From NCBI GenBank assembly GCA_026391215.1, contig JAPLDX010000106.1, forward strand, positions 1-64,000: DNA of 64,000 bases, written 5' to 3'. Under the pieces are notes generated by a model that made no database searches, was not told the origin of the DNA, and saw only the letters and a program-made list of their open reading frames with translations. How positions within the stretch are numbered: position 1 is the stretch's first letter; each line of letters opens with the position of its first letter. The position numbers and the translations under genes are program-made. This DNA is from Bacteroidia bacterium (GTDB taxonomy: Bacteria; Bacteroidota; Bacteroidia; Bacteroidales; VadinHA17). Positions 37,056 to 47,765 of this stretch are shown piece by piece.

Positions 37056-37089
37056 AAAGGGGCTGTCAGATTCTGAGACAGTCCTTTTA
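37056..37089 (+). terminator. Intrinsic terminator-like hairpin upstream of ung
   Basis: AAAGGGGCTGTC-N9-GACAGTCCTTTT followed by ATTT. Confidence 0.6.
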
Positions 37090-37116
37090 TTTAGGTACAG
37101 CGAATTACTATATTAA

Positions 37117-37782
37117 ATGGACGTACTGATAGAATCAAGCTGGAAGTCGAGGCTCAGCCCGGAATTTGAGAAGGAATACTTCATCAGGCTTTCTGAGTTT
37201 GTAAAGGATGAATACAGGACAAAAACCATTTTCCCTCCAGGCTCTCTTATCTTCAATGCTTTCAATTTATGTCCCTTCGATAAAATAAAGGCAGTGATAA
37301 TCGGTCAGGATCCATATCATGGTCCGGGACAGGCTCACGGATTATGCTTTTCAGTAAGGGAAAGCGTGGAATTTCCTCCAAGCCTGGTTAATATATTCAA
37401 AGAGATAGAATCAGACCTTGGCTACAAGCCAATGCTTACAGGAAATCTTGAAAGATGGGCAGCACAGGGAGTCCTTCTTCTTAATGCAACTCTTACTGTC
37501 AGGGCCCATCAGGCTGGTTCGCACCAAAAAAAGGGATGGGAGGAATTTACAGATACCGTTATAAGAATAATCAATACTGAAAGGACGAATATAGTATTCT
37601 TCCTCTGGGGCGCTTATGCACAGAAAAAGGGTGAATCAATAGACAGATCAAGGCACCTTGTGCTTGAATCGGTACACCCCTCCCCTCTCTCTGCAGCCAG
37701 AGGTTTTTTTGGCAATAAACACTTCAGCAAGTGTAATGAATACATGTCTGAAAAAGGCATTGAACCTATAAACTGGAGATAG
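37117..37782 (+). CDS. ung: Uracil-DNA glycosylase family 1
   Basis: GQDPYH, GVLLLN, HPSPLS. Confidence 0.97.
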   Translation: MDVLIESSWKSRLSPEFEKEYFIRLSEFVKDEYRTKTIFPPGSLIFNAFNLCPFDKIKAVIIGQDPYHGPGQAHGLCFSVRESVEFPPSLVNIFKEIESDLGYKPMLTGNLERWAAQGVLLLNATLTVRAHQAGSHQKKGWEEFTDTVIRIINTERTNIVFFLWGAYAQKKGESIDRSRHLVLESVHPSPLSAARGFFGNKHFSKCNEYMSEKGIEPINWR

Positions 37783-38947
37783 CTTCCAGCGCTGAAGAAA
37801 TAATTCCGGTGAGCTCCCCTGTATCTTCAAAACCTGCTGATAACCTTATCATCCCGGGTTCAGGGTATTTTGCCCCCCATACTGATTCAACCGGCAGCAT
37901 CATTGTACGCGGATCGCCAAGACTTGGTATTATCCTTATCCTCTCTGAGACTGCTTTTATGAATCCATCCCTGATAAGTTTTTTTTCAGAACCTGAATTA
38001 CCTTTAAAATCAACTGTTACCATTCCCCCAAAACCATTACCTGCGAAAAGCTTTACAGCCTCCTCGTAGCTCGGATGCTCCGGTAACCCCGGATACCAGA
38101 CTTTTCTTACCCTCTTTGACGCACCTAATAATCCGGCAATCACTGAAGCATTCACGCATTGCCGTCTGAACCTTAAACTGAAAGTCTGTATCTGATCATG
38201 AAGCCTGTATGCATCATCAGCCGAAAGCATATGACCTGTAAGTTTCCTGTATTCAACAGCAGCTTTCATGAGTTCATTATCATTTCCGCACACAACTCCT
38301 GCAGTGATATTACCATGTCCCGATAAATACTTTGTAGCGCTGTGAATTACGACATCTGCTCCGCTGACAAGAGGCTTCCACAGTTCAGGAGTAGCGAAAG
38401 TATTGTCAACAATGACTTTTGCTTTGTATTTTCTTGCTATTTCAATCACACCAGCAGCATCAGGAACTATAAGCATCGGATTGGAAATTGATTCAATATA
38501 GACCAGCTCCGGTCTTAGTGTCTCCATGACTGATTCAAATTCATGAAGATCATATTGTTCATTCTGCGGTGAAAAGTAATGAATATCAAGCCCTCTTCTT
38601 TTTTTCAGGACTGACTCAGCAAATGATAATGTACCGCCGTAAATCTCATTGAAGAACAGCCATGGCTTAATAGAATTTCCATCCTGGAAAACAGAAAGTG
38701 TTATATCTATAGCTGACATTCCGGACTCTGTCAGGAGAGTCCATTCTGATCCCTCCAGCTTCATAATCTCCTCTTCAGCCGCCACAACTGTTGGATTCCG
38801 GTAACGGGAATAGATATACAGATCCGGTACACGCTGATTTTCAGTCTCTTTCCTGAAAGCTTCTGATGCGGTATCCGCATCAAATAGCTCAAATCCGGCA
38901 TCCCTGTACACAGGAATACGCTGACTGTTAATTTCTTTATTCTTCAT
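37766..38947 (-). CDS. PLP-dependent trans-sulfuration enzyme (cystathionine gamma-synthase/lyase family)
   Basis: YSRYRNPT, SGMSAI, DNTFATP, HSATKYLSGH; start uncertain (38947-39022). Confidence 0.85.
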   Translation of the reverse strand: MKNKEINSQRIPVYRDAGFELFDADTASEAFRKETENQRVPDLYIYSRYRNPTVVAAEEEIMKLEGSEWTLLTESGMSAIDITLSVFQDGNSIKPWLFFNEIYGGTLSFAESVLKKRRGLDIHYFSPQNEQYDLHEFESVMETLRPELVYIESISNPMLIVPDAAGVIEIARKYKAKVIVDNTFATPELWKPLVSGADVVIHSATKYLSGHGNITAGVVCGNDNELMKAAVEYRKLTGHMLSADDAYRLHDQIQTFSLRFRRQCVNASVIAGLLGASKRVRKVWYPGLPEHPSYEEAVKLFAGNGFGGMVTVDFKGNSGSEKKLIRDGFIKAVSERIRIIPSLGDPRTMMLPVESVWGAKYPEPGMIRLSAGFEDTGELTGIISSALEAISSL

Positions 38948-39026
38948 TAACTCAATTTTATGTGTCAGGAGACTTTTCATTCCCGGCAGGAATGAAACCA
39001 AAATCAGGACAGAATCTGTCAAAAAC

Positions 39027-39425
39027 CTATTTCAGAACAAGAGCTTCATCGAGAATTGTTTCGTCAATTTCAAGTATTTTACTATCCCAGTTCTTAATAT
39101 AAACCACATAAGTGATTTTCATCAGTCCCATATAATGAGAGTAGGTATTATCGACTGGTCCGGTGGAAAAGAGTATCCCGTTAATTCTCGCGGATATTTC
39201 TGCATAAGGATATGCAGTTTCAAAACGGTGATATTCAGAGGCATTTCCTGCGGTTATATTACCCAGTGTGTCGACCTCATCGTCTATTTTGACTATTAAT
39301 TCATTGAATGTCTGGTCGGAAATGTTTCTGACTCGTACGTCAGTTGGCCCCTTGGGCTCAAATTCTGTTTTTTTGCAGGAGACGACAGCAACCGCTATTA
39401 AAACAAGATAAAATAACTTCTTCAT
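39027..39425 (-). CDS. Hypothetical lipoprotein
   Basis: MKKLFYLVLIAVAVVSC lipobox. Confidence 0.65.
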   Translation of the reverse strand: MKKLFYLVLIAVAVVSCKKTEFEPKGPTDVRVRNISDQTFNELIVKIDDEVDTLGNITAGNASEYHRFETAYPYAEISARINGILFSTGPVDNTYSHYMGLMKITYVVYIKNWDSKILEIDETILDEALVLK

Positions 39426-39489
39426 AGCCGGGGAAGATTATTTGTTTCAGATATTTGACGCTAAATATAGCAAAAAAGTTGCAAAAGGA

Positions 39490-40251
39490 TCAAATTATTT
39501 CAAGACTGCTTACAGGGATCCATCCCTTATTGCCGTCTGAAAGCCTTATCTCGTACCATTCGCCTACTTCATCCTCAACTGTCACTTTAGTTCCTTCATG
39601 AAGCACAAACAAGTCTGTTCCGCTGCTGTCAGGCGAGCTTTTCCCATTGACAGCGGGGCTGTAGATTATTGCTTTCTTACTGTCGTAAACCATATTTTTG
39701 TTTCTCAGCGATAAAGCCAGGGAGGTTATGGACACAATAAAAAACAGGACGGCAAGCCAGAATCCAAGTACCTTAAGCTTATATTTTGAGGTATAAAAAT
39801 AAAGTGAGAGGAATAAAAGACAAAGGATAAAAGAAGCAATGCTGATCTTCGCCCATGTATTTGTCGAAAGAGAAAGTGCAAGGAGATTATACCACCTCAC
39901 GAAAAAGAGCTCAGGGATCTCCTCAAAACGGTCAACGACAAGAGTACGAGCGATCTGGAGGTTATAATTTATATTTTCATCTCCTGGTTTCAGCAGATAA
40001 GCTCTCTCAAAGAATAGAATAGCACCGGGTATATTATTTAACTTGAAATAAGCGTTCCCGATGTTATATTCAAGTTCAGCTGAACGATAGCCGGTTCTGT
40101 AAATATCTACCCATGACTCAAGCGCTTTTTCGTAATTGCCCGAAGAAAAGCTCTCTGCTCCAGCCTTGAATTTCTCTTCCGTAGTTTCCTGTGAAAGGAG
40201 ATTTACAGACAAGACCATGAGTAATATTAATAATGTTCTCAGTTTCATCAT
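39490..40251 (-). CDS. batE: BatE (TPR + SH3-like)
   Basis: YNIGNAYFK TPR; LHEGTKV...GWIP; last gene of the bat operon. Confidence 0.9.
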   Translation of the reverse strand: MMKLRTLLILLMVLSVNLLSQETTEEKFKAGAESFSSGNYEKALESWVDIYRTGYRSAELEYNIGNAYFKLNNIPGAILFFERAYLLKPGDENINYNLQIARTLVVDRFEEIPELFFVRWYNLLALSLSTNTWAKISIASFILCLLFLSLYFYTSKYKLKVLGFWLAVLFFIVSITSLALSLRNKNMVYDSKKAIIYSPAVNGKSSPDSSGTDLFVLHEGTKVTVEDEVGEWYEIRLSDGNKGWIPVSSLEII

Positions 40252-42059
40252 CTGATAATTGAATTTTCCACTGACCTTATAAAACGAGCTGTGCCGTCAT
40301 AAATGTTTGCAGCTTCAGTTCCTGATGAGGCCGGAGCATATCTTTCATATTCACAGCTGTCGAGAATGCCTGTCAGGCTTGTTATATCATCATCGCTAAT
40401 GCCTTTTTCCTTCAGGGCTGTAACGGCATTGTTCCTGGTAAGATCTGACACAGGGATATTCAGCTTATCGCTAAGATAGCCCCAGATGGCTTTAAGTATC
40501 TCTTCATGGAACCTGTCCATTTCTCCCCGCTTCATACAACCTGAGGCAGCTTTGAGTCTTTTCCCGGCTATTTTTCCTGCTTTGCGATTGCGAACTGCCG
40601 TCAGGTCAGCATTGCGTCTGATATGCTCCCTCCTTACAAAAAGGACTATGAGGAAAATCAGAAGCGCTATTGCGAAGATGCTGTAAAATGAAGTATTTGA
40701 AATTATGTTATTTACTGATCTGGTAAGTTTACCGGGATCCGGCTTTATAAAGCGGATATCTTTTCCGACATATTTGACATCTTCCTTTGATACTCCTCCA
40801 TATACCGTTATGCCAGAGGCTGATTCGGTCCCTTTGCGGGCGTAAAACCTGAATTCCTTTGTCTTCAGAGTTTCATATTTTCCAGAGGAAGTGTTGAAAT
40901 AGGAATATGTTACCGGTGGTACTGTAAAATCGCCATAATGACGTGGAATAAGAAGATATTCAAAGGTCCTTTGTCCTGATGTACCGCTAAGGCTGTTCTT
41001 TATATTATCAGTAAACTTGGGATCATAGATCTCAATATCAGGAGATAACGTCAATTTTGGAGCTTCAGCAAGCTTCAGGTTTCCATTTCCCGAGATAGTA
41101 ATCTTCAGATTGACAGCGTCATTAACATCAACAGAATCTTTATTGATGGTCGCCTTAAGATCCAGCTTGCCTACAACACCTGAGAAGTCTTCAGGTTTTA
41201 TGCCGGGCAGAGGCTTGACATTTACTTTAACAACAGGGCTTACGACAGCCAGCTGAACTGTCTGAAAATTCGAGAAGAAATCACCGAAAAATGGATCGGT
41301 TTGACTCGACTTCTGACGAACAAGCACGGTTAACTGGACAGGATCGATCGTTATCTCTCCAGTCACCTGGGGAAATAGCAGGAAGTTCTGGATAACGCCT
41401 GTTCCATATACTGTCCCGTTAATATTTTCCTGCCGCAACTGGGTAAGTGGCGGCGTTTCAATATCTGATTTAAGAAATCCGGTAAATGACGGGTATTTGA
41501 TCTCAGTTATCCCTGAAAGATCAACTTTTGTATAGATCTTCACAGTTGCTGCGATATGTTCACCTATATATACCTCTTTACGGTTAAGGGAAAGATCAAC
41601 AGAAACATCACCCCCTGCTGGCTGAGCCTTTGAAGCTGTTCCTGCATTTGTTCCTGGCTGCACACTCTGCTGGCTGGCACCCGTTCCTAAGACTTCAATT
41701 CGAATCGAGTCGGAATAGTATGTCTTATTCTTCAGAGTATAGGAAGCAGGAGGAATGACATAAGTACCCTCGTTAAGAGCCTGCAGATAATATAAATAAC
41801 TGTAAGTGGTCTCATGCGACATTTTGCCGTTTATTATCTGGGTGCTTGAGCTGTATGATGTCTGCGGACCCATAAGCTTGTAAAATCCTTCAAATGAAGG
41901 TGCAGCGAATTCTCCGCCACCTGAATTGACTGTCCATGCTACTGAAAACTGTCGTCCTGCTTCCACTGCTGAAGGGTACTCAGCCTCAATTGTTATATCC
42001 TGAGCGTGAAGCGCTAAGGCTGCCAGAAGGAACAGATTATATAATATTACTCTTTTCAA
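40248..42059 (-). CDS. batD: BatD
   Basis: SSSTQIINGK, GNGNLK, YLLIPR; operon position. Confidence 0.9.
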   Translation of the reverse strand: MKRVILYNLFLLAALALHAQDITIEAEYPSAVEAGRQFSVAWTVNSGGGEFAAPSFEGFYKLMGPQTSYSSSTQIINGKMSHETTYSYLYYLQALNEGTYVIPPASYTLKNKTYYSDSIRIEVLGTGASQQSVQPGTNAGTASKAQPAGGDVSVDLSLNRKEVYIGEHIAATVKIYTKVDLSGITEIKYPSFTGFLKSDIETPPLTQLRQENINGTVYGTGVIQNFLLFPQVTGEITIDPVQLTVLVRQKSSQTDPFFGDFFSNFQTVQLAVVSPVVKVNVKPLPGIKPEDFSGVVGKLDLKATINKDSVDVNDAVNLKITISGNGNLKLAEAPKLTLSPDIEIYDPKFTDNIKNSLSGTSGQRTFEYLLIPRHYGDFTVPPVTYSYFNTSSGKYETLKTKEFRFYARKGTESASGITVYGGVSKEDVKYVGKDIRFIKPDPGKLTRSVNNIISNTSFYSIFAIALLIFLIVLFVRREHIRRNADLTAVRNRKAGKIAGKRLKAASGCMKRGEMDRFHEEILKAIWGYLSDKLNIPVSDLTRNNAVTALKEKGISDDDITSLTGILDSCEYERYAPASSGTEAANIYDGTARFIRSVENSIIR

Positions 42060-42071
42060 TATTTATAAATG

Positions 42072-42818
42072 TTACCAGTTTTTGACTGTCATGGTTTTAG
42101 CTTTCAATGCTTTTGCAAGTTTAACCTTTTCCTGGACATTTTTTTCATCATTTGCCAGGGCGTTCAGCAGCCTTTCAGCATCCTCCTTTGAAATACCCTG
42201 CTGCTGTTGTTGTTCGGGTTTCTGGTCCTGCTGCTGTTGCTGCTGATTTTGGTTATTCTTGTTATCCCCGCTATCCTTTTTATCCTGCTTGTCCTGCTGA
42301 TCTTTATTCTGATCCTGTTTTGGATTGTCCTGCTGCTGTTGCTGCTGTTCTTCCTGTTTCCTGAGCAGATCCTGGGCATAGGCAAGATTATACTTTGCTT
42401 CCATATTTTCAGGATTCAGCTTCAGTGATCCTTTATATGCATCAATGCTCTCTTTCACTTTGTCCGACATAAGAAGGGAATTGCCAAGGTTATAAAGACT
42501 GGCAGATTTCTTTTTTTTATCATCATTCATGTCGTGATTCTCAGCAAACTGCTTGCCTGCATCTTCAAATTTCTTCTGCTTATAGAGAGCATCTCCGGAA
42601 TTGAATACAGCATCAGCTGATTCCTTATTCTTATCAATAGCTTTTCTATAAGAGATCTCCGACTCTGCAAACTTTTCCTTTTCATATTCCCTGTTACCCT
42701 GCCTGATCATTTTTTTGTCTACCTGAGAATAAGCAGGTAATGCAGCAATAAGCATAAAGCCTGCGAGAACCATCCATGTATAGCGGGCCTTCTTATTTAT
42801 ATATTTAATCAAGAGCAT
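42072..42818 (-). CDS. batC: BatC (TPR protein with Q-rich linker)
   Basis: YNLGN and KYNLAYA TPRs, poly-Q region, AERLLNAL...EK. Confidence 0.88.
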   Translation of the reverse strand: MLLIKYINKKARYTWMVLAGFMLIAALPAYSQVDKKMIRQGNREYEKEKFAESEISYRKAIDKNKESADAVFNSGDALYKQKKFEDAGKQFAENHDMNDDKKKKSASLYNLGNSLLMSDKVKESIDAYKGSLKLNPENMEAKYNLAYAQDLLRKQEEQQQQQQDNPKQDQNKDQQDKQDKKDSGDNKNNQNQQQQQQDQKPEQQQQQGISKEDAERLLNALANDEKNVQEKVKLAKALKAKTMTVKNW

Positions 42819-42831
42819 AAATGAATGTATA

Positions 42832-43872
42832 TTATATCCTGAATTTGAACAGCCTTATATTTGCTAGCTTCCTGTTCTTTCTTTCCATAATGATAAAATC
42901 GATGAAAAGAAGGAATAATGCAATTACTGCAAATATCTGAAATTGATCATTATATTCAGTATACATGGTGCTTTCCATCTCCTGGGTTTTCATCTTCTTT
43001 ATTTCACCATATATCTCATCGAGTCCAATATTTGAGCTGCTTGCCCTCACATAATTACCTTCAGCTGATATAGCAATTCTTTTCAGAATATCTTCATCCA
43101 GTTTTGTAATTACTGTATTACCGTCAACGTCTTTAAGATAATCAATTTTACCTCCACGCATCACAGGCACCGGTACACCATCCGGGGATCCGATCCCGAT
43201 CGTATGAATAACTATTCCGGCAGCAGCTGCCTCAGAAGCCTTAGCTACGGGATCATCCTCATGATTCTCTCCGTCGGTAATAATAATCATAGTCTTGCTT
43301 TTCCCCTCTCCCGGGCTGAATGACCTCATTCCCAGGTCAATTGCGGCTCCTATCGCTGTACCCTGTTTTGGCACCATCTCAGGATTGATAGCAGACAGGA
43401 ACATCTTTGCAGAGACATAATCAGTGGTAATTGGTATTTGTGTATAGGCATCACCTGCAAAGACGATCAGACCTATTTTATCGTTATCCAGATTATCTAT
43501 CAGTCTCGTTAAAGCCTGTTTAGCCCTGGTGAGCCTGTCAGGCTGAATATCCTGTGCCAGCATTGAATTGCTGACATCAAGGGCAATGATTACTTCCACA
43601 CCCTGTTTCTTCACTTCTTCAAGCTTTGATCCGAACTGCGGACGTGCAATTATTATAATAACTGCTGCAATTACAAGAAACTGAAGAAAGAATTTAAATG
43701 CGGATCTTATTCCTGAAAGTTCAGGCAGCAGCCTGTCGACCAACTCTGTTTCACCAAGTCTTTTCAGGGCTTGCTTCTTACGTATATCATTTAATATCCA
43801 TAATATAACCATCACCGGCAGCAGAAGCAGCAGGTACAGGAAGTCTGGATTTGCAAATCTGAATAACTGCAT
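42832..43872 (-). CDS. batB: BatB vWA protein
   Basis: DVSNSM MIDAS, PITTD, TDGENH. Confidence 0.9.
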   Translation of the reverse strand: MQLFRFANPDFLYLLLLLPVMVILWILNDIRKKQALKRLGETELVDRLLPELSGIRSAFKFFLQFLVIAAVIIIIARPQFGSKLEEVKKQGVEVIIALDVSNSMLAQDIQPDRLTRAKQALTRLIDNLDNDKIGLIVFAGDAYTQIPITTDYVSAKMFLSAINPEMVPKQGTAIGAAIDLGMRSFSPGEGKSKTMIIITDGENHEDDPVAKASEAAAAGIVIHTIGIGSPDGVPVPVMRGGKIDYLKDVDGNTVITKLDEDILKRIAISAEGNYVRASSSNIGLDEIYGEIKKMKTQEMESTMYTEYNDQFQIFAVIALFLLFIDFIIMERKNRKLANIRLFKFRI

Positions 43873-43883
43873 TATCGTCCTGT

Positions 43884-44876
43884 TTAAGTGAGGTTTTTAT
43901 AAATCGTATGGCGTAAAATAGCTTCCAGTGCAAGAATCAGGAAAGCTATGATAGCCGGTAACATAAATTTTTCCTCTTTACGTGTGAATTGCCTGACATC
44001 AATCTTTGACTTTTCCAGCTTGTCTATTTCCGCATAAACCTGGACAAGCTTATCATTGTCAGTAGCTCTGAAATAATTGCCGCCTGTTTTTGATGCAATT
44101 TCCTTCAATATAGCTTCATCAATCTCTACCTGCATGTTCTGGTACTGAACTCCAAAAGGTGTCTGGACAGGATAAGGAGCAGTGCCACGGGTGCCTACTC
44201 CTATTGTATAAACCCTTATTCTATATGTCTTTGCGATATCTGCAGCAGTAGATGGAGCAATATCGCCTCTGTTATTGACTCCGTCGGTCAATAGAATTAT
44301 GACTTTGCTGATAGCCTCTGAATCCTTGATCCTGTTTATTGCAGTTGCAAGGCCGTTTCCGATTGCTGTTCCATCTTCAATCATCCCGCTCTGTATCTCC
44401 CTCATCAGGTTTATCAGAACGGCATGGTCTGTAGTAAGAGGACACTGTGTAAAGCTTTCCCCACTGAATACAACCAGTCCGAGCCGGTCATAAGGACGGC
44501 CTGAAATGAACTCAGTTGCAACATTCTTTGATGCCTCAAGCCTGTCGGGTTTAAAATCACGGGCAAGCATGCTTCCTGAAATATCAAGGGCAAGCATGAT
44601 ATCTATCCCTTCAGTAATCTCATTCTGAAATTGATCTGTCTTCTGTGGACGGGCAAGAACGATTATCAACAATGTTATTGCAATAATTCGTAATGCAAAT
44701 AGAATATGTCTTAGATAGTGCCTGAATGTCTTCCCGACCCTGTCAAATTGTTCAAGTCCTGGCATGTGCAATGAGGCAGATGTTTTTTGCTGTCTCAGGA
44801 TATAAAAGGCAATCATTCCCGGAATTAAAACCAGAAGCCAGAGGAACAGAGGTTCGGCGTATGTTATTCCGTTCAT
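43884..44876 (-). CDS. batA: BatA vWA protein
   Basis: DISGSM, CPLTTD, GTAIG, LLTDGVNN. Confidence 0.92.
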   Translation of the reverse strand: MNGITYAEPLFLWLLVLIPGMIAFYILRQQKTSASLHMPGLEQFDRVGKTFRHYLRHILFALRIIAITLLIIVLARPQKTDQFQNEITEGIDIMLALDISGSMLARDFKPDRLEASKNVATEFISGRPYDRLGLVVFSGESFTQCPLTTDHAVLINLMREIQSGMIEDGTAIGNGLATAINRIKDSEAISKVIILLTDGVNNRGDIAPSTAADIAKTYRIRVYTIGVGTRGTAPYPVQTPFGVQYQNMQVEIDEAILKEIASKTGGNYFRATDNDKLVQVYAEIDKLEKSKIDVRQFTRKEEKFMLPAIIAFLILALEAILRHTIYKNLT

Positions 44877-45829
44877 GATTTCATTTCGTTTTGTTCTTCC
44901 GTAACCATTGTGGCTTCAACAAATGCCCAGGAACTCTGAAAATGAGTATCATTTTCAGCAGGCTCAGGTTTGTATTTTGCAAATTTCACAAGGTCGGAAC
45001 CATTAAGGATTGTCTTTAGATTCGTATATAAATTGTCCTTTTTAAATCCGGTCTTCACAAGAGCTTCGAGGGTTTCAGAAGTCGTTAGTTCAAGGGAATA
45101 AACTCCATATCTGTTTTCAAGGTACTGGCGCAATATTTCAGTAAGCCTTGAATAGTAAAGTTTTACCTCTCCCTTTTGCCATACCTGTTCATCCCTTAGT
45201 TTTTCGAGATCCCTGAAGGCAATTACATGAGCAGGATCGGGATTTATGATAGTTTCAGGTTCCTTTTTCTGTCTTTTTAATCTGCGCAGTAGCCTTACAA
45301 CGACCCATATCGCTGCGGCTGAAAGAGCTGTAATAAGAACCCACGGGAGTATCTCTCCAATGGTAACAGGTGCCCTGTAGGGCTTTATTATGTCAAAGAT
45401 ATTTGCTGAAGTATCAGCAGGAGCAATTTTCACCCTCATCACTTCAAGAGGAGAATATCCTGAGTAAAATCTTTTTATTCCTGATTCTTTTCTTATTTCA
45501 GCAAAGGTCGGGGGTGCCTGATATAATCCTGAATCAAAAGATGTTATAAGATACCTGCTGAATATTTTAAGCCGCTCCTTTCCGATTGTGGTACTGTCAA
45601 AAACTGGTCCTGAGAGTATCTCAATATTTTTACATAGAGTGTCTTTCAGCAGAGGAAACTCAAGTACGAGATCTGCAGGCTGATCGACTGTGATCGTATA
45701 ATTGATCTGATCGCCTACATAGATCCTTGAGCTGTCAAAAGCAGCAGTTACGTAAACATCCTGTCCCTTCGAAGCTGAAAACGCTCCTGTAAGCAGCCAC
45801 ATAAGTACTAATGACCGTCTCATTTTCAT
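44873..45829 (-). CDS. Bat-operon associated membrane protein
   Basis: Signal peptide plus TM; YYSRLTEILRQYLE, DLVKFAK; typical position between DUF58 and batA. Confidence 0.75.
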   Translation of the reverse strand: MKMRRSLVLMWLLTGAFSASKGQDVYVTAAFDSSRIYVGDQINYTITVDQPADLVLEFPLLKDTLCKNIEILSGPVFDSTTIGKERLKIFSRYLITSFDSGLYQAPPTFAEIRKESGIKRFYSGYSPLEVMRVKIAPADTSANIFDIIKPYRAPVTIGEILPWVLITALSAAAIWVVVRLLRRLKRQKKEPETIINPDPAHVIAFRDLEKLRDEQVWQKGEVKLYYSRLTEILRQYLENRYGVYSLELTTSETLEALVKTGFKKDNLYTNLKTILNGSDLVKFAKYKPEPAENDTHFQSSWAFVEATMVTEEQNEMKS

Positions 45830-46689
45830 CTGCTCTCAAATAACCTGATCAGCGGCTTAACATAATCTTCACCTGTACTCATAAAAGCCGAGTCAACACC
45901 GCATTTTGTAAACACATTCTTAATCTTTACAACATGATCTTCCCACCATTTTCTGTATGTTTCCCTGGCTTTTCCTGATGATGTATCTATCCATTTTTCA
46001 GCCCCTGTTTCAGAATCTGTTATTTTAGTCAATCCTATGTCAGGTAATGATGTCTCAACCTTGTCATATACTTTTATAGCCGCAATATCATGCTTATTTG
46101 AAGCAATACGCAGAGCTTCCTCAAAATCCGGCGCTATAAAATCAGAAATAATGAAAGCTGTGCACCTTTTCTTTATTGCATTGGTCAGAAAACGCAAAGG
46201 TTCATCAAGATCTGTCCTGTTGCTTTCCGACCGGAAGCCAAGAAGCTCCCTTATTATTCTGAGAATATGTTTTCGGCCCTTCTGAGGAGGTATGAATTTC
46301 TCAACCTTATCGGTAAAGAAGATCACTCCTATTTTATCGTTGTTGAATATAGCAGAGAATGAGAGTACTGCTGCCACCTCAGTCATCACATCGCGCTTGA
46401 AGCTTACAGTAGTGCCGAAATTTCCTGAACCGCTTACGTCAATCAGAAGCATGACAGTCAGTTCCCGTTCTTCTTCAAATATTTTCACATATGGATGGTT
46501 AAATCTCGCAGTAACATTCCAGTCAATGCTTCTTATATCATCACCATACTGATATTCTCTCACTTCGCTGAAGGCAATGCCTCTCCCCTTAAAGGCGCTA
46601 TGGTACTCCCCGGCAAAAATATGCCTGGTCAGTCCCCTGGCCTTTATTTCAATCCTCCGTACTTTTTTTAATAAGTCTGTCTCTTCCAT
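45826..46689 (-). CDS. DUF58 protein
   Basis: FSEVREYQYGDDIRSIDWNVTAR, EEEREL. Confidence 0.92.
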   Translation of the reverse strand: MEETDLLKKVRRIEIKARGLTRHIFAGEYHSAFKGRGIAFSEVREYQYGDDIRSIDWNVTARFNHPYVKIFEEERELTVMLLIDVSGSGNFGTTVSFKRDVMTEVAAVLSFSAIFNNDKIGVIFFTDKVEKFIPPQKGRKHILRIIRELLGFRSESNRTDLDEPLRFLTNAIKKRCTAFIISDFIAPDFEEALRIASNKHDIAAIKVYDKVETSLPDIGLTKITDSETGAEKWIDTSSGKARETYRKWWEDHVVKIKNVFTKCGVDSAFMSTGEDYVKPLIRLFESR

Positions 46690-46692
46690 ATT

Positions 46693-47688
46693 CTAAGGAA
46701 CCTCCACAACATTAAGAATCTCTGCAATTATCTTATCCTGATTAACATTTTCAGCTTCAGCTTCATAGGTCAGCCCTATCCTGTGACGCATGACATCCGG
46801 ACAGATTGCCCTGACATCTTCAGGAATAACATAGCCTCTGCGACGGATGAATGCAAAAGCTTTGGATGCAAGTGAAAGGTATATTGAGGCACGGGGTGAT
46901 GCTCCATAGGATATCATGTTTTTAAATGCAGGCAAACCAAATTTTTCAGGATTCCGGCTGGCAAAAACGATATTCAGTATGTAGTTTTCAATTTTTTCAT
47001 CCATATATACTTCCCTGACAGTATCCCTGGCTCGTATGATGTCAGAAGTTTTAAGAACGGAATTGGTTCTTGGAAAATCTTTTGCCAGGTTTTCCCTTAT
47101 TATAAGCTTTTCCTCATCCATTGTAGGATAATCAATAACTACTTTCATCATGAACCTATCGACCTGGGCTTCAGGAAGAGGGTAAGTTCCCTCCTGCTCT
47201 ATCGGGTTTTGAGTGGCAAGCACAAGGAATGGCTCATCAAGCTTGAATGTGGATTCACCGATTGTGATCTGCCTCTCCTGCATGGCTTCAAGCAAGGCGC
47301 TCTGTACTTTTGCAGGTGACCGGTTTATTTCATCTGCAAGAATGAAATTCGCAAAAACTGGTCCTTTCTTGACAATGAATTCTTCCTTCTTCTGACTATA
47401 GATCATTGTTCCGATAAGGTCTGCGGGAAGAAGATCAGGAGTAAACTGTATTCTGCTGAATTTTGCATCAATGATTGCGCCAAGTGATTTTATGGCAAGC
47501 GTTTTGGCTAGTCCAGGGACTCCTTCAAGAAGAATATGACCATTGGCCAGAAGCCCTATCATCAGGCTGTCTGTAAGGTGTTTCTGCCCTATTATCACTT
47601 TATTCATCTCCATACGGATAATATCGACAAAAGCACTCTCTTTTTCGATTTTTTCATTAAGGATCCTTATGTCAGTTGTCTGCTCCAT
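46693..47688 (-). CDS. moxR: MoxR-family AAA+ ATPase
   Basis: GVPGLAKT, RIQFTPDLLPAD, DEINR, ATQNPIEQEGTYPLPEAQ. Confidence 0.95.
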   Translation of the reverse strand: MEQTTDIRILNEKIEKESAFVDIIRMEMNKVIIGQKHLTDSLMIGLLANGHILLEGVPGLAKTLAIKSLGAIIDAKFSRIQFTPDLLPADLIGTMIYSQKKEEFIVKKGPVFANFILADEINRSPAKVQSALLEAMQERQITIGESTFKLDEPFLVLATQNPIEQEGTYPLPEAQVDRFMMKVVIDYPTMDEEKLIIRENLAKDFPRTNSVLKTSDIIRARDTVREVYMDEKIENYILNIVFASRNPEKFGLPAFKNMISYGASPRASIYLSLASKAFAFIRRRGYVIPEDVRAICPDVMRHRIGLTYEAEAENVNQDKIIAEILNVVEVP

Positions 47689-47765
47689 GGTTTATGTATT
47701 TTAATCTATCGAATCATTTTGCTGCAAAAGAAGCTGCCTATTTACTAAAGAGGTGTTAAGGAGTG

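Noticed and set aside
42198-42350. CAG/CAA-rich repeat tract
   Set aside because: Encodes the ordinary Q-rich linker of BatC
39490-47688. moxR-DUF58-batABCDE as a novel system
   Set aside because: Well-known conserved Bacteroidetes operon
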